64,000 bases of DNA, from positions 359,461 through 423,460 of the forward strand of contig JAAOMT010000109.1 of assembly GCA_016748015.1 (NCBI GenBank), given 5' to 3'. The first letter of the stretch is position 1, and each line of letters starts with the position of its first letter. The stretch comes from Geosiphon pyriformis uo1. Taxonomy: Eukaryota; Fungi; Glomeromycota. The position numbers were made by a program, and so were the translations under genes. The notes beneath the pieces were generated by a model. The model saw nothing but the letters and a program-made list of their open reading frames with translations. It made no database searches and was not told the DNA's origin. This document shows, in pieces, positions 12,760 through 26,200 of this stretch.

Positions 12760-13647
12760 CATAGAAATTTAGGAATTCTTAATAAAAATATAAAGTAACT
12801 AATTAGAGATAGACATAATAAAAAAAGAATTTCAGGATTTTTTTTAAGGAATTATAAAATTCCAAAAATTTCAGAATTCCTCTTAAAGAATTACAAGATT
12901 CCAGAAATTTCAAAATTTCTGGCTAAAAAAATTAAAAGAATTCAAAAAATTTTGTATAATATTAATTATGTATATATAGTGAGAATATTAAAAACAGAAA
13001 AAATAAAATTTAATACAAAATTAATACCAACAATTAATTAAATTACCCAATATTCTTCTCTTTAAAAAATGGTTTTTTACAATTTAAAGTAGAATTAAAT
13101 CACATATTAATAAATATCAATTATTTCTTAAATTAATATTAGCATTATTTGATTAAAAAATAGTAATCATTTTCACTCTATTAACATTTTATATTAATAG
13201 AATCTAATACTTAACTATATTAAATCAATAGCTTTTAATTATGACTATTGACAGAATACTAATTTCTTATTTTTTTTCTTATTTTTCTTTTATTTTATTT
13301 TTATTTTGTTTCATTTTTTTGTTGTTTACTAATTAATTAAAAAATTAATATGCAGAGTTATTAACATCAAAAAAAACTGGTAAAAGATTCATAAAACAAG
13401 GATAGAAACTCAGAAATTAAGGATAGATTACCAAAAAAAACCAGTTATTAAGCTGAAAAAAAAATTCATAGAATAAACTTCCAGGAAGATATTAAAACAA
13501 TCATTGAATCTCTGTTTATTATATAAAAAACTCAACCAAAATCTTTAGATCATAAAAACCTTCAGAATTACCAATATCATTAAGCTATTTAATACCAAGT
13601 TATGAGTTTGTTATTTGTTCCAACATTTCAAATAATTACTTGTAATA
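12760..13647 (+). repeat. G2 5' LTR (first ~7 bp missing)
   Basis: Aligns with 48416-49330. Ends TGTAATA (=TGTAACA) and is followed by a decayed PBS, tagtgcttcttataag, at 13650-13665. Confidence 0.85.
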
Positions 13648-13699
13648 TTTAGTGCTTCTTATAAGATATAATTCAACAAGAAACCAATACCAACAACAA

Positions 13700-16600
13700 T
13701 TGTCTAAAACAGTAACAAAATCAGAAGAAATAGAGACAAACTACTTGGGATTTGTAAAAGTTTTATTCCAATACTATTAAACTTACCTTGAATTGACAAG
13801 TAAACATTGACCAACAGAAACAATTTTCAATTTTTACATTAATAAAAAGATTAAATCTCATTTAAAAGACCAAAAAAATCTAGAAGCAGTACTTAACAAT
13901 ATCTATAGTAAATTACTCTAAAGCACTATGTATCTATAAAATTATTTGTTTGCTTCAATAATCACAAAAATTAACAAGAAAATTAAAAAGCACATCTAAC
14001 AGAAATTTTTTATTATTTTTGCAGACAACAAAAATGAAAAATTATAAATATCAACAGAAACACCAAAAAAATACAACCACTTACATAGAAAAAACCAAGA
14101 GTAGTTTTATTTATTTATTTGTTATACTATTATACACTAGAAAGTACCATCCAAATAATATCAACTATAACCATAGTAAAAATACTATTGTTTAGAATAC
14201 TGTTTTAAAATAATTAAAAAAAAGCCAAATTATTAGAAACTTATGACAAGTTCTTTGAAGGATTTAAATTACAATCAACAACTTTATTAAGACTTCAATT
14301 ACTACTATCCCAATCAGATTTTAGAGCCACTAGTCCTTAGAAAAGAACTGACTCAGAAAAAAAAAAAACAACAATCAGAAAATTCATAATTTAAATCTGA
14401 TCTCAGAAAACCCAAAAATACAAACTCCAATTGTTCTAACTCAACATTCTCCAAACAATCTAAACTCTGCTTCTATTGTTTTTTAAAACATATCTCCAGT
14501 AATCGTAATTAATCTACCAGTTGTACCAATTACTGCTATTTAACTACAACTATAACAACAGCAACTTGCATTAATGATATATACATTAATTGCCAAATTC
14601 GAAAAATTTATTGATGAAAAAAATAATGCTCAAACATAAGTAAATAATATAACAAAAGCCATTGTGGCTAATAAATAGAGTAGTGCCAAAGTCTTATAAG
14701 CCATCCTATATTTTTTACAGGATACTGCTAATTTAGGGTATTAGAGTTTGGTCAACAAATCTATAACTTTCAATGTATTTAAAATTAAATTTTTAAGATA
14801 CTTTAGTAATAATAACAACATTAATTGCTTGAAAATTGTCTTTACTACTATTAAACAGAGTGACATAAAAGCAGTTACTACTTACTTAAGACACTTTCAT
14901 AAAAATTTGTACCAAATACAAGCAATTAACATGAATTATTTTACAGTAACACAAATTCTAAACCAATTTATTCATAGTCTGTATAGTAGTCTTCTATAAT
15001 ATATATGTTTATTATATTTACAAATACTCTAAAATACAGTTATATACACCTAAGATTTTCAATTGGCCAAGCTAAAAGCCAATTATGTTCAAGTTGTTAA
15101 TCTAATAATAAATGAATCATTTGACTTGAACTCCAAGTTAAAACAATTCAGTAATTTTATTAACCAAAAATTAGAGAGATACTTAACTATAATTAAGCAA
15201 TATATTAATCTCTAAAATATTATGACAATTCAAAAAACTTTAATTGATTCTAAAATCAGTTGTGTTTCTCATTTTTATCAACCAATTAATTATGATAGCA
15301 AGAAACACATATTTGCCACAATTGTAATAAACAAGGCCATCTAAAAGCTGATTTTTATGTCAGAATTAATAATTAACAATAGGGAAATTAATATTAAAAC
15401 TCTAATTGCCAGTTTTAAACTCCAAACTATAATCCAAATATAAACTATTTTTAATCTTATTATACCTATTTGATGCAATTACCAATATATACATCTTTAC
15501 TTTATTAAACTTTAATTTTAGTTATCTATTAATCACAACAACCATAAATAATTTATTAAACTTTACCAATTTCAGCACTGCTATACAACTTAGCTTAAAT
15601 ATTATTTGAAAGTCAAAAACTGAGAATTATATAATTATATACCAGCTAATTTTCATTTTATTTTAACTACTATCAGAATTATGTCTAAAAAATTTAGAAA
15701 CTGGGTACATTTAGAACTTAAATTTACAAAACTATTTAAGTTTTTTAGTTACTCCAGTAAACAATACATCCAACAATTTGAAAACCAACCAACAAATACT
15801 TATTAACAACATTCTATCAACAATTGTTATAAAAAATAAATTATTTGCAGCCATATTTTTTTTTAAATTAGAAACTTTATCAGAAATACTATTATTTAGC
15901 AAAGTCACTTTCAATGTTAAAACAATTACTGTTATATATACAAATGCTTAAGTTTATAACTATTCTATTAAACTAATTCTTAATAGTAGTTTAACTAATA
16001 GCATTATTATATGACAACTTATGAACCAATTAAATTGCTGAGTTAATTATACTGCCAGCACCAGAATTATTACTGCTAATAGAGTAATAAAAATACTCAT
16101 TAGTAAGATTGATGACTTTTTATTTAAAGTTAATAGCATTATGACACCTATCAAAATTCTCATAATAAAAGTCATACAATATCAAGCTTTTTTTGGTAAT
16201 AACTGGCTGTTTAAAACCAATATTATGCTTAATTAAAATACCTAAGAGCTATAGCTTAGTTAAAATAGTTTGTAAATTTGAGTACCTGCTATTTGTGGTC
16301 ATTTTAAACCAATTGCCATATATCTCTTAATAAAATTTGAAAAAGAAGAAAAAAAACCTACTTGAGAAATCTATCAAATTTCATGAACTGAAAAAGAACA
16401 CAATATATTACCACTTATATTTACTTGGGAAGAAAAGAAAAAAGAGAAAAAAAAATGAACAATTCCAAATTATCACATTCACTTATACTCTATATATTAC
16501 TACACCCTAAAAACAAACAAATTATTATTGATCCAAGCTTATATGTGTTAATTGTGGCAAAAAATTGTCAACAATGGGTGTATGTTATGACAATAATAAG

Positions 16601-19350
16601 AAATGGCCAATAGCAACTAAATATTATTGTTACTTATAAGTTTTTGAATGCTTTAGATAACCCAAATAACAAAAAAAGTAGGGCAATAAATTTTGTCTTA
16701 CATGTAAAACAATTTTTTTTGACAAAAAAATGTGGAACAACATTTCTAGGTAAAAAAAAACATACAATGAATTATGTTAATATACAATTCTAATCAACAA
16801 CTGGATACAAAAAAAAATTCTAATTAATGTTGTTTAAAAACAAACACTGAAATAATTAGAAGGTTATTTACATAACAAATACAAAATTTAGAAAATGGCA
16901 AATGCTAAAGTTAAAGATACTTTACTCAGTAAAATACTAAAAATCAAAAATAATCCACTAATTTTTTTTAAATCCAAATTTGTCCAAATTTTTAATGTTT
17001 TTAACAATATTATAAACAATTTAAAACAATTCTATAAACACTACCAAAACCTAATACTAACTAAAAAAATACAAGAGCAAAAACTAAAACAACTAAATAT
17101 GAGGCTGTATAAATATTGCCTAATTTTCAGTGATTTCAAATATTGTGATAATTTTAACTTTATTTACAATCTACTATCATGCATAATTTATTTGATTCCT
17201 GAGGAAAAAGAACCAATCAGCAAATGTACACTAAAATTAAATTCAAAAATCAATTATAATTCAGATTCTGATAATAATAATAATAATAATAATAATAATT
17301 TTAATTCTGTTCACTATAGCAATAACAATAACAATTCAAATTTTAGTTACAACTCTGAACAATATATTGTGCTTTCAAATTTGTCAATAAAGCAGAAACT
17401 AAAATGATTCAACAATAATAATGAAAATATTATGCCAAAACATACACATAATATCAATGTAGAATTTAATTTTAGATATCCAAAAAAAACTGCCATTAGA
17501 TTGAAACCTTATTTGTATATCAGTATAAATCTAAATATAGCATTAGAAATTTCAACAACAACAATAATTCAACTAGCTTTTAAATTTAGTTTAGCAAAAA
17601 AAGAGATTAACATCAGAAAAGAAATAATTAATACAGAATATATAAGAAATATTATTGCAATACTACAAACCAATTCAAAAAAAAAATATACTATTAAACC
17701 AAATAAAAAAATAGTACAGACAATATTTTTGCTTTTAGTTAAAATAACTTAATTAGTTTTAATAAGAAAAAGAGAAAAATTAGGAATTATGGCAAAAGGA
17801 ATAAGTAAATTCGAATCTACAAGTAGAATAGATATACCAATCAATATGGTAAAGAAAAAAACTATTGATAAAGAAAAAATTATTTCTATTTATCAATCAA
17901 TTTTAATTCTATTATATAATTAATACACATTAGTTATAGAAAAAAAATAAAGAATTAGTCTCAAATTTTTGAAGTAGAAATTACCATTTGTGAATCAGAA
18001 AAAATTAGAATTACCAATCTTTATATACCAGCCAAAAACTATAAACACATTAAAACTCCAATATACAATACAACTAAAAACTTCATAGAAATATTAAATA
18101 GAACTATTATTGGATATTTAGATGCTGAAGTTAAAAATCAAGCACCCACTACTATTTCAAACTTTCTATAGCTATGTGAATATATAGACATCACATTACA
18201 AACAATCTATGAATAAGAAGAATAATATTTGTTGCAACCAAAACAATTAGAACAAATGAACTTAAAGAATTTAGACCCACTTTAACAGATACAACTCAAA
18301 ATACTACTCAACAATTTCATTGACATTTTTTTCAGCAAAAATAAATTTGGCAGAACTGATATTATTTAGCATTAAATTAAGACTGAAGATATGATGTTAA
18401 TTAAACAAAAAGCATACAAAATATTATCAGCCAGCCTTAAAATTATTAGACAGAAAATTAACAAAATGTTGAACAGTGATTACTAATAAGTAGCCATGAA
18501 ACCAGAAGATAAAAAGAAAACCACATTTATAACCAGAAAAAAGAATTTTAAATTTGATGTTATATTTTTTGACTTAACTAATGTTCCAGTCATCTTTCAA
18601 TAATTTATAAAAATTGTCTATACTAGACTACTATAAAAATCAGTAGTAGCCTATTTAAATAACACTAATGTGTTCTTAAAAACATTCAACAATTATCTTT
18701 ATCATCTTCAACAAGTGTTTTAAAAATTAAGAAAAGCTGAATTAAAGTTGAATGCAACCAAATACTTCTTTAATAAAACAGAACTCAAGTTTTTGAAACA
18801 TGTTGTAAGCAAAAACAGCATAAAAACAGATTCAGATAAAATTAAAATAGTCAAAAACTTTCTAGTATCAATTAATTTAATAGAACTAAGAGTATTCTTG
18901 GAATTTGTTAAATACTATTGTTGTTTTATCCAAAACTTCTCCAAATTGGCTTAATCACTTCATTAGCTTTAATTCAAAAATATCAAATATGAATAGATGA
19001 AAATACAACAAAAAGCTGTTGATATTTTAAGAAAAAAGCTCATTCAAGTACCAGTACTAATCTATTCAAATCATATTAAATCATTCATTATTATTATGAA
19101 TATATCAAGTTAAGTATTAAAAGCAGTATTAACATAAAAAAAAGCAAATAGACAAGAACTTTTAGTGGCATATGCTAGCAAAAGTTTAAATCCAAATAAA
19201 AAGAACTATAGAACTTCAGCATTAGAATACTTGGCTATCTATTAAAGTATTATTAAATAAAAGAAATATTTAAGTCAAAAGTTTAATATATATATTGATT
19301 ACAAAGGATTAACATTAATTTAAAAGCAAAAATTTAAAAATAATCACCAT
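13700..19350 (+). pseudogene. gag-pol: G2 gag-protease-Cys-rich-dUTPase-RT-RNase H (decayed)
   Basis: Collinear with element A. dUTPase remnant at 17432-17830. The RT has a ~200-bp internal deletion at ~18475. YLNN at 18652-18663. Confidence 0.85.
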
Positions 19351-20174
19351 TGTTACTCATAGAATATAGGAAATATATATTAGCATAAATTAGCCAATCA
19401 AAAATAACCATAGTAAATGTGGAATTTCAGGATTTTTCTTAAGAGGAATTAGAGAATTCCAGGAATTTCAAGATTTTTGTATAAGGAATTGCAGGATTCC
19501 TGGTGTAAAAAATTGAGAAATCAAAGAATCTCAATTATGTATATATAGTAGTAGTGTTAAAAAGAAAAAAAAGAGCAGAATTTTTTAGTTAAAAACTTCT
19601 CAGTTAATATTTGATCTAAGCAACCTTTCAAATCACAAATATCAATAAATAATTATTTACTATCTCCAATTTCACTTTTTGCTATCAACACTTCATGTTG
19701 ATAACAAGTAATACTTAACCACACTAAAACAATAGCTCTTGATCATGGTTATTGATGGAATACTAACTTGCAAATTGTCTTGGCTTATTTTCTTTATTTT
19801 TTTTGTTTTCTTTTCTTTATTTCATTTCTGTGATTTTATTATTGTGTACTAATTAATTGAAAGAAAATAACGCACAGAGTACTGACATCAAAGTGACTGG
19901 TAAAAGACCCAGAAATAAGAGTAGAACACTCAATTAAAGATAGCTTAGCAGGAGGATTACCAGCCATTACACTGAGAAAAAAATTGACAAAACTGCAGTT
20001 TTGGGAAGCTATGGATAATATTATCAGTTAAATCTCTGTCTATTATACAAAAAACTTCACAACAACACCTTTAGGTCAATATTACTTTCAGAAACCACCA
20101 TCATCATTCAATCAATTAAGCACCAAGTTACAGATTGTTATTTGATTTGAGATCCCAAATAATCACTTGTAACA
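19351..20174 (+). repeat. A 5' LTR (824 bp)
   Basis: TGTTAC...GTAACA termini. Close match to 28406-29285 apart from transitions and repeat copy number. Confidence 0.95.
19392..19547 (+). promoter_or_regulatory. putative LTR U3 promoter: CCAAT box, palindromic tandem array, TATA box
   Basis: AGCCAATCA 19392-19400; GGAATTnCAGGATTCC-type units 19421-19500; TATATATA 19540-19547. The TATA motif is at the equivalent position in the G2, E and H LTRs. Confidence 0.6.
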
Positions 20175-20176
20175 TT

Positions 20177-20192
20177 TGGTGCTTTCTGTAAG
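20177..20192 (+). promoter_or_regulatory. primer binding site (TGGTGCTTTCTGTAAG)
   Basis: Starts 2 nt after the LTR with TGG. Best-preserved copy is TGGTGCTCTCTGTGAGG at 30525-30541. Confidence 0.85.
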
Positions 20193-20236
20193 ATATAATC
20201 CTACAGAGAACCAGCACTAACAACCCTATCCAAACA

Positions 20237-23200
20237 GTGGCAGAATCTGAAGAAATAGAAACAAACCATTTAGGATTTGCAAAATCCTTATTTCAACATT
20301 ATCACACTCATCTCAGATTAACAAATAATAGTTGGCCAACAGAATCAGCTTTCAATTGCTACGTCAATAAAAAAATAGTATATCACTTGAGAGGCCAAGG
20401 AAATCCAGAATCCACCTTCAACAACTTCTTCAGTGAATTGCTCCAAAGCACTATTCTTCCACAAAACTATCTATTTGCACCCCTAATTACAGAAAAAAAC
20501 CAGGAAATTGAAAAATACACCAAACAGAAATTTTCTATCACTTTTGTTAACAAAAGTAAAAGAAGATTACAAACACCAACAAGAACACCAAAGCAAATCC
20601 AACTACCCACTTGGAAGAAATAAAAATTTGATTCATCTGCTAATCTATCATATTACTACACACCCAGAAGTACTATTAATATAATAAGTACAGTTACAGT
20701 AAGTATGACAACACCACTAAACAGAATCTTATTCCAAAGTAAACAAAAAAAAGCAGAGTTATTAGGAACATACAGTGATTATTTTGAGAGATTTAAATTA
20801 CAATCCCAAATGTCATCAGAAATTCAATTACCACTATCACAACCAGATTTTGGAGCCATTAGTCTTTGAGAAATAACTGATTCCAAGGAAGAGAAGAGTA
20901 GCAATCAAGAAGTTAATAAGCAAAACCCAATCCTAAAAAATTTAGAAATTAAAACTCTGGTTAATCAAACTCCAAAAAATCAGAACAATTGAAACTCTGA
21001 CATAATTAATTAACAAAACTTATCTCCAATAATCGAAATCAATTTACCATTCATCCCACCAATCGCCAAACAGCAATAACAGCTACAACTACTATCCCAA
21101 CAACAAATTCAGCAGCAACCACAACAACAACCAATAACTTATGCTCCAATTGCCAAAATAAAAAAATTTATTGGCAAAGAGGACAATGCCCAAATATGGC
21201 TCAATAATGTGAAAAAAGCCATTGCAGTCAATAGATGGAACAACAACAAAGCCCTTCAAGCAATTCCCTATTTTTTACAGGATATCACCAACTCATGGTA
21301 TCAGAGTTTAGTCACTAAATCTCAAACATACCAGGAATTTAAAATTGCATTTTTAGAATATTTTAGTAACAATAACAGTATTAATTGCCTAGCCAATACC
21401 TTTACTACAATTAAACAGGGAGAAACTGAAGCAGTTATTACTTACTTGGAACACTTCCACAGGAACTTGTGCCAAATTCAAGCAATTCAAGCTGACTATT
21501 TTATAGTACCACAGATACTAAATCAGTTTATCTGTGAACTGTGCAGTAGTTTTTTTCAATGCATATGCCCAATGCACCTACAAACTCTCTAAGATACAGT
21601 TACCAATACAAAAAATTTTGAATTGGCAGAACTTAAAGCAAACTATGCCCAAGCTGTTAACCTAGTCATGAATAGATCATTTGACTTGAATTCCAAATTG
21701 AAACAACTCAGTGATTCAATTAATCAGAAATTAGAAGAATACTTAGCTGACAATTGCACAATTTATCAACCACCACAATGACGCAATAACTCAAGAAACA
21801 AGAATTGTTTCCAAAATTAGTTGTGTCTATTATCATCATTATTATTGTCAAATCAGCCATGACAACAAGAAATGCATGTCTGCCATAATTGTGGTAAACA
21901 AGGCCACATTAGAGCCAACTGCTAATTTTATAATAATAACCCATGATTGGGAAATCAATATTGAAACTCTAATCATTGGTTTCAAGCTCTGAATTATCAA
22001 TCTAACCTAGCACCATATCAACCAAATTACCTACCTATGACACAACAGCCAATCTATCAACCACCAATTTATTAACCAACAACCTCTGTTATTTATCAAC
22101 TGCAGTTTTAACCCATCTATTAGCCACAGCTTTAGGTAATTTATTAGCCTCAATAAATTTAAACACCACCATAAAACTTACCTCAAAATGGAACCCAAAA
22201 GCCAAGACTAACACAACAAAGCTGGAGATCATTGATGGTAATCCATCAACTGATCTCCAGTTCCTCCATGCAACTATCAGGATCTTAACAACAGAATTCA
22301 GGCACTAGGTACACCCAAAACCCGAATTCTTAGAACTATTTAAGTCTCTTGGTCACTCCAGAAGATGCCACATTTACTAAACTGGAAACCAACCAAAAGC
22401 CACTTACCAGCAATATCCTACCAGCAACTATCTTCAATAATAGATTCTTAGCAGCTATTTTTTCTTTTGAACTAAAAGAACCAGTTGAAATGTTGCTATT
22501 CAATAAAGCCATCCTAAAATCAAAATTCATTACTGCAATATATACTGATGCTAAAGTTGATGATCAGCACATTAAACTAATCTTTGATAGTGGATCAGCT
22601 GGCAGCATCATTACATGACAATTTATGGACCAATTAGGTTGCTGAGTTGATCGCGCTACCAGTGTGTGCATAATTACTGCTAATAAAGTGACCAAAACTC
22701 CAATTGGTAAAATAGACAACTTTTTATTTAAAGTCAACAACATTATAATACCAATTAAGGTATTGGTAATAGAAACAATTCAGTATTAGACTCTTGTTGA
22801 AAATGACTGGCTGTTAAAAGCCAATGCCATGCTTGACTGGAACACCCAAGAACTGTAACTCAGTCAGAACAGCTATCACACACGCATGCCAGCTACCTGT
22901 GGTTACTTTAAAACCACTTTTGACAACAAACCCCTCATTGAATTAGAAGAAGAAAAAAAAAAACCTACTTAGAAAATGTATTAAGTCTCCTGGGCCAATA
23001 CTGAACACAACAAGCTATCACTAGTATTTTTATGAAACAATATAGGAAAAGATAAGAAAGAGGACATGGAAGAAGAAAACACAACAACCAAAAAAATAAC
23101 TAGTAGCTGGGAGAGATTCTACTCACACAAGCCACTAAAACAACTACCATATATTCTATTCAAATGCCAAGATTGTGGCAAGAAACTTTCTTTTATAGGA

Positions 23201-26200
23201 GCTTGGATTACACTTAACAAAGATTACTGGATGCAAACACACTATTACTGCAAGCCATGCCACTGAAAATGATATGGCTATCCAAAACAACAAGACAAGT
23301 GAAACAACGAACCATGTCTCACTTGTGGAGAACAATTACTCAATGAAAGAATATGGAACAACATTTCTGGACAAGGAGAAATGTGTAATGCTTTATGCCA
23401 ATACACAATCCTTATCAGTGACTGGGTAAGTCATGGAATGCTTATTACTGCCACCTGGCACTGAGCAATTTTTTGTTTAAATGGTTATCCACACAACAAA
23501 GACGAGATCTGACAGATAGCAAATGCCAAAGTAGAAGGTGTTATGTCCAGCAAAATATTGAACATCAAGAACAACCCTCCAGAACCAGTCAACATTGTTC
23601 TGATTCCCAATCCAGATGCTTTTCTGGATCTGGAAGCAGGTCCAGAAGAATTTCATGAGCATTACCAGAATTTGGCACTAACAAGAAAAAAGCAAGAACA
23701 GCACTTAGGAGAAATAAATATCTGATTATGTGACTACTGTTTAATTCCATGTGACTTTTAGTATTGTAATAAGTGTGACCTTATCTACAATCCACCACCA
23801 TGTATGATCTACATAATTCCAGAAGAAGATGAACCAATTAACAACTGCACATTGGAATTGGAATCAATTTTCAATCCCAATTCAAACTCTGACAACAACA
23901 ATGACAAAAACAATGGTTTCAGCTCTGCTCAATATGACAAAAAAAATAATGGGAATTCAGACTCTGATTCAAACCCCAAAACATACATCACACTTTCTGA
24001 TCTTTCCAAGGAATAAGAACTCAAATGATATAGCAACAACAATGAAGGTATCATGTCAAAATATGCACATAATACAGATGCAGGGTTTGATTTAAGATAT
24101 TCAGGGAAAAAAGCCATTAAATTGGAACCATATTCGTGCACATGCATTGATTTCAAAGTAGCATTGAAAATTCTAGCAACAATAATGGTTCAACTAGCAT
24201 CTAGAAATAGTTTAGCAAAAAAGGGAATCAACATCAGAGGAGGAATAATTGACACAGAATATGTGGGAAATATCATTGCAATCCTACAAAATGATTCAGA
24301 AAGGACCTATATTATAAAACCAAATAAAAAGATAGCACAGACAATATTCCTGTCTTTGATGAAAGTAGCTCAATTAGTATCAGTGGGAAACAAAGAAGAA
24401 TTAGGGATTACAGTAAAAGAAATACAGAGATTTGGGTCTACAGATAGAATAAATATGCCAGTCAATATGGCAGAAAAAAAAGTTATTGACAAGAAAAAAA
24501 TTATCTCCACCCATTAACCAATCTCTATTCTACCATACAATAATTACATGGTCAGAATAGAAAGAAAAGTAAAAGATCAGGTTCAGATTTTTGAAACAGA
24601 AACAAAACTTTGTGAATCAGGAAAAATTGGATTAGTCAATTTACACATACCAGTCAAGAACCACAGTTACATTAAAATTCCCATTTACAACAACATGGGA
24701 GAACTCATTAAGATATTAGAAGAAACTATCATTGAACATTTAACTACTGAAATTGAGAATCAACTATTAAACACTATTTCAGACTTTTCACAACTGTGTG
24801 GATATGTAGATATTACATCTCAAATCATATATGAACGAGAAAAATGTTATCTGCTTCAACCAGAACAATTGAAACAGATGAACTTGGGAAATCTAGATCC
24901 ATTACAATATATGCAACTCAAGATATTACTTAACAATTTCAATGACATCTTTGCAAGTGAAAATGAATTTGGCAGAACTGACATCATCCAATACCAAATC
25001 AAAACTGGAGATGCAATACCAATTAAACAGAAAGCATACAAAGTACCACCAGCTAGCCATAAAATCATTCATCAAAAAATCAATCGGATGCTTAACAATG
25101 GGCTAATTCAGCCATTAATGAGTCCATAGTTATCACTAGTGGTACTAGTCTGGAAGAAGAATAGAAAAATTTGCTTTTGTGTAGATTACTGAAAACTAAA
25201 TAGAGTAACAAAAAAAGATAGCTATCTAATTCCAAAGATCCAAGAGCTTTTCAATGCTTTTGGAAGAAAAAAATGGTTCTTAACTTTGAATTTAGACAGC
25301 AATTACTGGCAAGTAGCCATGAAACTGGAAGACAAAAAGAAAACAGCTTTTACAACTCAGGAAAGAAACTTTGAATTTAAAGTAATGCCATTTGGCTTGA
25401 TAAATGCTCCAGCCATTTTCCAGTGACTTATGAAAATTGTTTATACTAGACTACTATGAAAATCAGTAGTCATATACCTAGATAACACCAATGTGTTCTC
25501 AAAAACATTCAATAATCATTTGTATCATCTCCAACAAGTGTTTGAAAGACTAAAAAAAGCCGGATTAAAGCTAAATGCAACCAAATGTTTCTTTGGAAAG
25601 ACTAAACTCAAGTTTTTGGGACATGTGGTAAGCAAAGACAGAATCAAAACAGATTCAAACAAGATTGAGATTGTCAAGAACTTTTTAGTACCAAATAATC
25701 TCACAGAACTAAGAGCATTTTTGGAATTTGCTGAATACTACTGCTGCTTTATTAAAAACTTTTCCAAAATAGCTCAACCACTACACCAACTCCAAACAAA
25801 GAACACCAAATATGCATGAACCAAAATTCAGCAAGAAGCTTTTGATACATTAAGAAGAAAGCTTATTCAAGCTCTAGTACTAATCTATTCAGACTATAGC
25901 AAGCCATTCATAATTACAACTGATGCATCTGGCCAAGCATTGGGAACAGTATTATTTTAGAAAAAACCAGACAGACGAGAACATTCAGTAGTGTATGTCA
26001 GTAGAAGCTTAAGTCCAGCTAAAAAAAATATGGAACTCCAGCACTGGAACATTTAGCTATCTATTGGGCTGTTATCAAGTGGAAAAAATACTTGAATCAA
26101 AAGTTTGATGTATATACTAATTACAAAGAATTGACTTCAATCCAGAAGCAAAAAATTTGGAGATGATTGTCATGCCAGATGGAAAATAGAACTTTCACTA

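Noticed and set aside
17270-17300. (AAT)n microsatellite as an independent feature
   Set aside because: It is the mutated Asp/Asn-rich linker (GAC/AAC codons) of G2 pol.
24053-24517. Host or bacterial dut gene
   Set aside because: It is in frame within pol, between paired LTRs, and repeated in sister elements.
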